Positions 40,862 through 47,872 of a stretch of DNA of 47,872 nt are shown one piece after another. This DNA is from Candidatus Limnocylindrales bacterium (lineage in GTDB: Bacteria; Chloroflexota; Limnocylindria; Limnocylindrales; CSP1-4): assembly GCA_035699625.1 (NCBI GenBank), contig DASSPM010000008.1, positions 1 to 47,872 on the forward strand, given 5' to 3'. The notes under the pieces are model-generated. The model worked only from the letters and a program-made list of their open reading frames with translations. It ran no database searches and was not told the DNA's origin. Both the position numbers and the translations under genes were made by a program. How positions within the stretch are numbered: position 1 is the stretch's first letter; each line of letters begins with the position of its first letter.

Positions 40862-41274
40862 ACCGCCGCACGCTGGGCCGGGGCCGGTGGCTGGCCGGCA
40901 TCGGTGCCGTGGTGGCGCTGGCCGGGTGCCTGCTGCCCTGGGGCCGCACCCTCGGCCTGGGCCTGCCGCCCGAGACGACCGGCGCCTTCGACGGCAGCGG
41001 CATCCTGGTCTTCCTGGCCGCCGTGGCCGTCCTGGCGCTGGTGGCGCTGCCCTACGCCGCGGGCGACCAACCCATCGGCATCGACCGGCCCATCAGCTTC
41101 GCCCTCGCCCTCGCCCTGGGCGCCGTCGGTCTCGTGTTCCGACTGGTCCAGCTCGTCCAGCTCGAGGTGGTCGGACTGCCCGACCGCTCGCCCGGCCTGT
41201 GGCTGGCAGGCGCGGGCCTGCTGGTCATGGCCTGGGGCGTGGCGGAGCTCTTCGGGGAGCGCGCGTCGGCCTGA
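40858..41274 (+). CDS. Hypothetical membrane protein (about 4 TM)
   Basis: GTGA overlap with the hpt stop; four hydrophobic segments. Confidence 0.75.
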   Translation: MNRRTLGRGRWLAGIGAVVALAGCLLPWGRTLGLGLPPETTGAFDGSGILVFLAAVAVLALVALPYAAGDQPIGIDRPISFALALALGAVGLVFRLVQLVQLEVVGLPDRSPGLWLAGAGLLVMAWGVAELFGERASA

Positions 41275-41295
41275 CGGTCAGGGCGCTGCCGATCA

Positions 41296-42468
41296 TCAGT
41301 GCGTGCCGCCCGCGGGCGGGATGTCGGCGGCTCCCGGTCCTACCTCCAGGTACCAATATCTGACGGCACCGTCGGCCAGGGTGGCACGGAGCTCGTAGGT
41401 GCCTTCGGCGAATGGCCGCCCGTCGGGAGCCACCACGACCACGAATTCAGGACGGCGAGGATCGGGCCGCAGGAGCTCGCCGACCGGAGCTTCGACCGGT
41501 TCGAGCCGCACGAGCTTCAGTTCGCGAACCTCGCCGCCTGCCAGGTCGGTGCCCACCGCGAAGACACGTCGCACGCTCACTGGGAGGCAGGCAGCCAGGG
41601 GCGCCTCCGAGGGCACCGATGGTCGCGCCAGGCTCGCCTGCCAGATCTGCGCCGCGCTGCACCGTTCACGAGCGGCGGTGACGGCCCGGCTGATGAGCCC
41701 ATCGGGCCCGTAGGTCAAGAGGTCCGTCCCGGGCTCGGCCGCAAGCAGCCCCGCGGGAGTGAACGTCCAGCCCGGACCGGAGGGTCCGACTCGGATCGGC
41801 GGCTGCCGTCCAGCCGAAGGATCCTCGGCGACATGGAGGGGCACCGCCAGCACGGCCGGCCGGCCGGCATCCTCGCTTAGCAGGTCGAGCCGATAGAGGC
41901 CCGGGGGCCAGCCGGCGATGTCGTCCTCGGCAAGGTGTCGGCGGAGGCCGACCACCTCGAATGTGTCGACTTGCCAGGGTAGCTCGAGCCGGACGAGCGG
42001 CAGGCGGAGCGGAGGCCGTCCGTCCGGGAAGCGCCAGAGGCGGATGTCTCGCAGGGGTACTCCGGCGGGTCGGTTGATGCCGAGGGCCACGAGCTGGTCG
42101 GCAGGCCCCAGCGGCACCGCGCCGGACGCCAGGTCCGCCAATGTCGAGGGGTGCTGCGGGACGATGGCGAGCGGGCCGCTGAACCCGAAGTGCACCACCC
42201 AGCCTGTCGGCCAGACTTCCCAGGCGGGGGCAGGCGGGAATCGACCAAGGAGGTTCGGCCGATAGTGCGGCCCGGGAGCGCGAGTCGGCGCGGCCGTCGT
42301 ATCCGCCCTGACGGGCGTAGCCGGGGCGGGCGGCGCCGCCGGCGCGGGCTCGCCACCCCACGGCTTGAGCACGGCCAGGACCAGGAAGAGGCCTACCGCC
42401 GACGCCAGGAAGGTGCCCCAGGCGGTGCCGCCGGGACCCGGCGTCGGGACGCGCTGAAGGGAGGCCAT
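41296..42468 (-). CDS. Hypothetical membrane-anchored extracytoplasmic protein
   Basis: N-terminal hydrophobic helix (FLASAVGLFLVLAVLKPWG), Pro/Ala/Thr linker, two similar beta-rich segments. Confidence 0.6.
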   Translation of the reverse strand: MASLQRVPTPGPGGTAWGTFLASAVGLFLVLAVLKPWGGEPAPAAPPAPATPVRADTTAAPTRAPGPHYRPNLLGRFPPAPAWEVWPTGWVVHFGFSGPLAIVPQHPSTLADLASGAVPLGPADQLVALGINRPAGVPLRDIRLWRFPDGRPPLRLPLVRLELPWQVDTFEVVGLRRHLAEDDIAGWPPGLYRLDLLSEDAGRPAVLAVPLHVAEDPSAGRQPPIRVGPSGPGWTFTPAGLLAAEPGTDLLTYGPDGLISRAVTAARERCSAAQIWQASLARPSVPSEAPLAACLPVSVRRVFAVGTDLAGGEVRELKLVRLEPVEAPVGELLRPDPRRPEFVVVVAPDGRPFAEGTYELRATLADGAVRYWYLEVGPGAADIPPAGGTH

Positions 42469-42482
42469 GGGCCGGCTCGGGG

Positions 42483-43196
42483 TCAGTCCTCCCCCAGGTA
42501 CGCCTTGCGCACGCCTTCGTCCTGCCGCAGCCGCTCGGCGCTGTCCACCAGGACGATCTCGCCCGTCTGCAAGATGTAGCCCCGCTTGGCGATGGCAAGC
42601 GCCATGAGCGCGTTCTGCTCTACAAGCAGGACGGTGGTGCCCTGTTCGTTGATGGTCTTGACGATCTCGAAGATCTGCTCGACGAGGATCGGTGCGAGCC
42701 CCATCGAGGGCTCGTCGAGGAGCAGCACCTTTGGTGCCGCCATGAGCGCTCGGCCGATGGCCAACATCTGCTGCTCACCCCCGGAAAGCGTGCCGGCACG
42801 CTGCGTGCGTCGCTCGCGCAGACGGGGAAAGAGCTCGTAGACGCGCTCGAAGTCTTGGGCGATCTCGGCCTTGTCGCGTCGCGCGAAGGCGCCCATCTCG
42901 AGGTTCTCGTGGACGGACATGCGGGCGAAGACACGGCGACCCTCCGGCGCCTGGCAGACACCGAGCTGAACGATCTTATGCGGCGGCACCCCGTCGATAC
43001 GCTGACCGCGCAGCGTGACCGATCCTTCCAGCGGCCGCAGCAGCCCGGAGATGGTGCGCAGCGTGGTGGACTTGCCGGCCCCGTTCGCGCCGATCAGGGT
43101 GACGATCTCGCCCTCTTCGACCGAGAGGCTGATGCCCTTGAGGGCGTGGATGGCGCCGTAATAGGTGTGGACGTCCTGGAGCTCTAGCAGGGCCAC
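42483..43196 (-). CDS. livF: Branched-chain amino acid ABC transporter ATPase
   Basis: GANGAGKST, PEGRRVF, LSGGEQQMLAI, LLLDEPSMGLAP. Confidence 0.93.
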   Translation of the reverse strand: MALLELQDVHTYYGAIHALKGISLSVEEGEIVTLIGANGAGKSTTLRTISGLLRPLEGSVTLRGQRIDGVPPHKIVQLGVCQAPEGRRVFARMSVHENLEMGAFARRDKAEIAQDFERVYELFPRLRERRTQRAGTLSGGEQQMLAIGRALMAAPKVLLLDEPSMGLAPILVEQIFEIVKTINEQGTTVLLVEQNALMALAIAKRGYILQTGEIVLVDSAERLRQDEGVRKAYLGED

Positions 43197-43199
43197 CGA

Positions 43200-44057
43200 T
43201 CAGGCCTCCGCCGCGCCGCGTCCGAGGTAGGCCTCGATCACCTTCGGGTCACGGCGCACCTCGTCGGGCGTGCCTTCGGCCAGGACTTCGCCATGGTCCA
43301 GCACGGTGACGCGCTCGCTGATACCCATGACGACGCGCATGTCGTGCTCGATGAGCAGGACCGTCAGGTCGAGCTCGGTCCGCAGTTGCCGGATGAAGGC
43401 GATCATGCCGCGCGTCTCGCCGGTGTTCATGCCTGCCGTGGGCTCGTCCAGCAGCAGCAGTTTGGGTCGGCTGGCGATGGCGCGTGCGATCTCCAGCCGG
43501 CGCTGGTCGCCGTACGGCAGGTGACGGGCCCAGGTGTCGGCATATCGCCGGAGGCCGACCAGGTCGAGCAGCGCCATCGCCTTTTCCTTGGCGTCTGCCT
43601 CCTCCGCCAGCATGCTTGGGGTGCGCAGCACGGCGTCCCACCAGTGGCTTCGCAGGTGGCTGTGCATACCGACCAGGACGTTGTCCAGGGCCGACATCGT
43701 GCTAAAGAGCCGGATGTTCTGGAAGGTGCGTCCGATGCCCAGGCGTGTCACCTCGTGGGGCGATCTCGAGCGTGCCCCCTTTCCCTTCTGCCAGACGATG
43801 GGCTGCCCGTCGAACGTGATCTCGCCCTGCGACGGTGTGTAGTAGCCGGTCATCATGTTGAAGAAGGTCGTCTTGCCGGCACCGTTGGGACCGATGATCG
43901 AGACGATGGAGCCGCGCGGGATGTCGAAGTCGACCGAGTTGACCGCGAGCAGACCGCCGAAGCGCTTGCTCACGTCGCGCGCACGCAGCAGCAGCCGGTC
44001 ATCAGGCACCTGCCCGGTCAGCGGGACCGCGCGCGCGCCGTCGCTGGCTACGGTCAT
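43200..44057 (-). CDS. livG: Branched-chain amino acid ABC transporter ATPase
   Basis: ATG 44057; GPNGAGKTT, RTFQNIRLF, LPYGDQRRLEIARA, LIEHDM, YLG. Confidence 0.93.
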   Translation of the reverse strand: MTVASDGARAVPLTGQVPDDRLLLRARDVSKRFGGLLAVNSVDFDIPRGSIVSIIGPNGAGKTTFFNMMTGYYTPSQGEITFDGQPIVWQKGKGARSRSPHEVTRLGIGRTFQNIRLFSTMSALDNVLVGMHSHLRSHWWDAVLRTPSMLAEEADAKEKAMALLDLVGLRRYADTWARHLPYGDQRRLEIARAIASRPKLLLLDEPTAGMNTGETRGMIAFIRQLRTELDLTVLLIEHDMRVVMGISERVTVLDHGEVLAEGTPDEVRRDPKVIEAYLGRGAAEA

Positions 44058-45487
44058 GACTGGTCCTCCGCCTCGCGTGACTCCTGCGACGGCGTCTCCT
44101 GGCCCGGCGCCTCGGCCTCGGCAGCCTCGGCCTCGAGCGCCTGCTCGGTAGCGGCGTCGGCAGCGGTCTGCTCGGCGACCGTGGCCAGGGCCGCCTGGTC
44201 GGCGATGACCGCGGCCGAGGCGATGGCCTGGTCGGGCGGCGCCTCGTGCAACTCCACCCGCCGCTGGGTACTCGGTATCAAGCCCTCCGGTCTGAAGCGC
44301 ATCATGAACACGAGCACCAGGCCCAGGATGAGGAAGTTGAACTGGGCCGGGTTGATGCGGGCGAGCTCGGGGCTGTCCAGGGCGCGGCCGATGTCCCCGA
44401 AGCGCTGGCCGATCCAGGGCAGCAGCGTCTTGTCCACGTAGACGACGGTGATGGCCCCGAGGAGCACGCCCCAGATGTTGCCCATGCCGCCCAGGATGAT
44501 CATGATCACCACCAGGATCGACGTCGAGAATTGGAAGAAGTCCGACGTCGTGGCGCCCTGGTAGGAGGCCTGCAGCGCGCCGCCGAAGCCAGCGAAGCTG
44601 GCGCCCAGGCCGAAGGCCAGCAGCTTCGTGCGGACCGTGTTGACGCCCATCATCTCCGCCGCGATCTCGTCCTCGCGGATGGCCATCCAGGCACGGCCCA
44701 TGCGCGACCGCTCGAGGTTGCGGGCGATGACGATCGACATGAGCACGATGACCATGCCCAGGTAGACGGCGTTGAAGCCCGAGATAGCGCCGAAGCGGAT
44801 GCCCAGGATCGTTGGGGGGTCGATGGGATTGATGCCCAGCGGGCCACCGGTCAGATTGGCGTTGACGAGCTTGATCGGTCCCAACGCAAAGTCGACGTTG
44901 ATCAGGTTCTTGAAGATGATGGGCACGATCTCGCCGAAGCCGAGCGTCACGATGGCCAGGTAGTCTCCCCGCAGTCGCAGCGTGGGCGCACCCAGCAACG
45001 CGCCGAAGGTGGCAGCAACGATGGCCGCCAACCAGAGCACGATCCAGAACGGCAGATGGATGCCCGGAGATCCGGGCAGCACGTCGGGGTTGAGCACCAA
45101 CGAGACGCCGTGCCAGTGCGGCGAGGCCAGGAAGGCGGCCGTATAGGCGCCCAGCGCGTAGAACGCGACGTAGCCGAGGTCGAGCAGCCCGGCGAAGCCG
45201 ATGACGATGTTGAGGCCGATCGCCAGTGCGGCGAAGATGAGCATGAAGACCATGACCGTGTCGTCCGGCAGCGGCAGCGGCAGCGCCGACTGGCGCGGCA
45301 GGAAGACGTAGCGGTAGATGAACGGGTAGACCACCACGAGCGCGAGGAGGAGGGTCACCAGCGCAGTGCGCCGTGGCGCACGCCGGAAGGCCGCGGCGTA
45401 CTCGTCGGGGATCTCGGCCAGGCCGCGCACGATGCCCCGCAGCCAGACGCCGAGGGCTCCCCCGCCGGCTGGCCGCGCGGCGCTCAT
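44054..45487 (-). CDS. livM: Branched-chain amino acid ABC transporter permease
   Basis: ATG 45487; GLNIVIGFAGLLDLGYVAFY, LRLRGDYLAIVTLGFGEI, GRAWMAIREDE. Confidence 0.92.
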   Translation of the reverse strand: MSAARPAGGGALGVWLRGIVRGLAEIPDEYAAAFRRAPRRTALVTLLLALVVVYPFIYRYVFLPRQSALPLPLPDDTVMVFMLIFAALAIGLNIVIGFAGLLDLGYVAFYALGAYTAAFLASPHWHGVSLVLNPDVLPGSPGIHLPFWIVLWLAAIVAATFGALLGAPTLRLRGDYLAIVTLGFGEIVPIIFKNLINVDFALGPIKLVNANLTGGPLGINPIDPPTILGIRFGAISGFNAVYLGMVIVLMSIVIARNLERSRMGRAWMAIREDEIAAEMMGVNTVRTKLLAFGLGASFAGFGGALQASYQGATTSDFFQFSTSILVVIMIILGGMGNIWGVLLGAITVVYVDKTLLPWIGQRFGDIGRALDSPELARINPAQFNFLILGLVLVFMMRFRPEGLIPSTQRRVELHEAPPDQAIASAAVIADQAALATVAEQTAADAATEQALEAEAAEAEAPGQETPSQESREAEDQS

Positions 45488-46416
45488 GCGCGCTCCGCCA
45501 GCTGCTGGCCGAGCAGGCCGGTGGGGCGGAAGACGAGGATGGCGATGAGGATGCCGAAGACGATGGCGTTGGTCCACTGAGCCGACAGGTAACGATCACT
45601 GAAGGCGTTGATCAGCCCCAGCACCATCGCTCCGAGAACGGCTCCCTGGAGGTTGCCGATGCCGCCCAGGACAGCCGAGGTGAAGGCATTGAGTCCGAAG
45701 CGGAAGCCCAAGTTCCAGACGGTCGTGTTGTTGAAGAGGATCTGCACCACCCCGGCGGCGCCCGCCAGCCCGCCGGCGATGAGGAAGGTGATGGCGATGG
45801 TGCGGTTGACGTCGATGCCCATCAGCCCGGCCGTGTCGGCATCCTGTGCCGTTGCCCGCATGGCCTTGCCCTGGCGCGTGGAGGTCACGAACCAGGTCAG
45901 CACCGCCAGCAGCGGCAGCGTCACAGCCGCCACGAAGAGCTGCTTGTAGGTGATGCTGACGTTCGTGTCGAGCCCGAGCAGGGCGCTCAGCACGTTGACA
46001 TTCGGGATGACATCCTCGTAGCCCTTGTTGGCCGGTCCCGCCACCAGCAGGGCCACGTTCTGCAGCACGAAGCTCATGCCGATGGCCGAGATGAGGGGTG
46101 CCAGGCGTGGTGCGTGTCGCAGCGGCCGGTAGGCGAAGCGCTCGATGAAGACGTTCAGGCCTGCCGTGGCGACCATCGTCAGCGCGATGACCAGCAGGAT
46201 GAGCGCGGCGGCGACGAGGATGGGCATCCCCGAGTGCACGCCAAGGATGGCGAGCAGCCCGAGGGCCAGCATCGAGCCGAGCATGAAGACTTCGCCATGC
46301 GCGAAGTTGATCAGCTCGATGATGCCGTAGACGAGGGTGTAGCCGAGGGCGACGAGCGCGTAGATCAACCCGTTCGAGAGGCCGATGATGATCGTCTGGA
46401 TGATCTGCTCGTCCAT
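45484..46416 (-). CDS. livH: Branched-chain amino acid ABC transporter permease
   Basis: YALVALGYTLVYGIIELINFAHGE, GKAMRATAQD, AVLGGIGNLQGA. Confidence 0.93.
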   Translation of the reverse strand: MDEQIIQTIIIGLSNGLIYALVALGYTLVYGIIELINFAHGEVFMLGSMLALGLLAILGVHSGMPILVAAALILLVIALTMVATAGLNVFIERFAYRPLRHAPRLAPLISAIGMSFVLQNVALLVAGPANKGYEDVIPNVNVLSALLGLDTNVSITYKQLFVAAVTLPLLAVLTWFVTSTRQGKAMRATAQDADTAGLMGIDVNRTIAITFLIAGGLAGAAGVVQILFNNTTVWNLGFRFGLNAFTSAVLGGIGNLQGAVLGAMVLGLINAFSDRYLSAQWTNAIVFGILIAILVFRPTGLLGQQLAERA

Positions 46417-46453
46417 CGCTCGAGGTCAGCTTCTCCGAGAGGGGCGGACGGGT

Positions 46454-46494
46454 AAAAGAGAAAGCGATGGGGGCGGTCACCCGCCCCCATCGCT
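46454..46494 (-). terminator. Rho-independent terminator between the substrate-binding gene and livH
   Basis: Perfect 14-bp stem AGCGATGGGGGCGG/CCGCCCCCATCGCT (46463-46494) with a 4-nt loop, followed by TTTCTCTTTT on the minus strand. Confidence 0.85.
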
Positions 46495-46509
46495 GTCATC
46501 GATATGGCC

Positions 46510-47832
46510 TCAGGGGGCCGAGAGGACCTCCTTGAAGGCGGGCGGCCAGGATGTCTCCACCTGGTAGCCGGTCAAGGCGATGTTGGTCGTGTCGCCGTTG
46601 TCGTCGAAGCCCATCGGTCCGATGACCGTGTCGAGCCCTTCGGTGGCGAAGACGGCCTTCAGGACCTCCCAGCGGTCATTGGTGCCGGCCCGGGTGAGCG
46701 CATCCAGGGCGACGGCCGCAGCCGCATTGCCATAGGCCGTGTAGGTGGCCGGGCTATTGCCCGCGTGCGACGCCTTGTACTCATCGAACCAGGTCTTACC
46801 GGCGCCGGTCAGCTGATCGGGTCCGACGCCGCCGAAGGTCAGGTAGGTGCTGTTGCCGGCCGTTCCTGCCCCCTCGTACCACGACTTCTCGAAGACGCCG
46901 TCGCCGGACATGATCTTGAAGTCGGCGCCCAGGACGGCGCGCAGGTCCTTCCAGAGCTTGCCAGTGTTCTGGCCGGTGATGGAGCCGACGTAGACGAGGT
47001 CGGCGCCGGCGGTCTTGATCTTCTGGGCCAGGGCGGTGTAGTCGGTGGCCTTGGCGTCGAAACCCTCCGACCCGCCCCCGGCGGAGAGGACCTGCAGGCC
47101 GATCCTGCCGGCGTGGAGCGCGAAGGCGCGCGCCAGGCCCTTGCCGTAGACCTGCGTATCGTCAAGCACGTAGACCTTGGTGGCGCCGAGCCGCTTGGCC
47201 CACTCCGCACCCGCGGCGCCCTGCTTGTCGTCGGTGGTGATGACGCGGGTGTAGTTACGGTAGCCACCCGGGTAGTACTTGTCCGGCTCGCCGGGCTCGG
47301 TCACGCCCTCCACGGCCTTGGTCAGGCCGGGATAGGTGTTGGCCGGGCTGATCATCACCAGGCAGGCGGCGTTCAGGATGGGGATGGTCAGCTTCGCCGC
47401 GCCGGAGTTGTAGTGGCCGATGAAGACCATCGCGTCGGCGTCAGCGGCCGCCCTGTTGGCATTGGCCTGCGCGACCGCGCCGTCCCAGTCGCCGCCCTGT
47501 GCGGCGGACGAGTCGTCGAGGTCGAAGTACTTGATCGTGAAGCCGCCGATGGTCTTGCCCTCGAGCGTGTCCCGGATCTGCTCGACGAGCGTGTTCGTCT
47601 GCTCCGTGTTGGTGCCCTGGCGCGGCAGGCTGGAGTAGACGTGGATCTCGTTGCTGCTGCTGCCCTTCTTGTTCTTGCAGGCTTCCGGTTGGGTCGTCCC
47701 CCCGCCGGCGGTGGGCGACGCGCCGGGCGACCCCGGCGAGGTGCCCGGCGACGTGCCGGGTCCCGTGGTCGTGCAGGCGCTGGCGACGAGCATCGCCGCG
47801 AAGGCGATGGCGCCGAGCTTCCTCAGCTTCAT
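46510..47832 (-). CDS. LivK/LivJ-like ABC substrate-binding lipoprotein
   Basis: ATG 47832 after AAGGAGG; lipobox VASAC; IGHYNSG, MISPANT, DDTQVYGKGLA. Confidence 0.88.
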   Translation of the reverse strand: MKLRKLGAIAFAAMLVASACTTTGPGTSPGTSPGSPGASPTAGGGTTQPEACKNKKGSSSNEIHVYSSLPRQGTNTEQTNTLVEQIRDTLEGKTIGGFTIKYFDLDDSSAAQGGDWDGAVAQANANRAAADADAMVFIGHYNSGAAKLTIPILNAACLVMISPANTYPGLTKAVEGVTEPGEPDKYYPGGYRNYTRVITTDDKQGAAGAEWAKRLGATKVYVLDDTQVYGKGLARAFALHAGRIGLQVLSAGGGSEGFDAKATDYTALAQKIKTAGADLVYVGSITGQNTGKLWKDLRAVLGADFKIMSGDGVFEKSWYEGAGTAGNSTYLTFGGVGPDQLTGAGKTWFDEYKASHAGNSPATYTAYGNAAAAVALDALTRAGTNDRWEVLKAVFATEGLDTVIGPMGFDDNGDTTNIALTGYQVETSWPPAFKEVLSAP

Positions 47833-47872
47833 CTGCTGTGATCTCCTCCTTGCTCCCATTCCCCACGGTCCG

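Noticed and set aside
47690-47770. GTSPGTSPGSPG repeat in the binding protein, and the acidic LivM tail
   Set aside because: Ordinary low-complexity linkers of lipoproteins and membrane proteins.

Overview
High-GC bacterial chromosomal window. A Chloroflexota-like affiliation is my inference from gene content and protein style, not a database result. Most genes lie on the minus strand. Contents: (1) a respiratory complex I operon nuoA-B-C-D-H-[I/E]-[F]-[G/GltD/I]-J-K-L-M-N, with nuoN running off the left edge; (2) a CofC-like hypothetical gene, folK, a DUF433-like/DUF5615 PIN toxin-antitoxin pair, glpX and a divergent purH; (3) small accessory genes including a MidA/NDUFAF7-type methyltransferase; (4) a heat-shock operon hsp20-hspR-lon-dnaJ-clpB; (5) a KimA-like K+ transporter-USP-TrkA-TrkA cluster with a metallophosphoesterase and rsmG; (6) a sensor kinase, csoR and a Zn-ribbon/nuclease-like/hpt operon; (7) a liv-type ABC transporter. 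The most striking observation is in complex I. nuoI appears split between its two 4Fe-4S motifs, and a three-gene NuoE/NuoF/NuoG-GltD module resembling Stn is inserted in the gap. NuoI-N is fused to NuoE, and NuoI-C is fused to a NuoG-like protein carrying an NADP(H)-type flavoprotein domain. This suggests a complex I with an extra NADPH-type electron input and clusters N6a/N6b ligated across two subunits. No tRNA, rRNA, CRISPR array or transposase was recognised.
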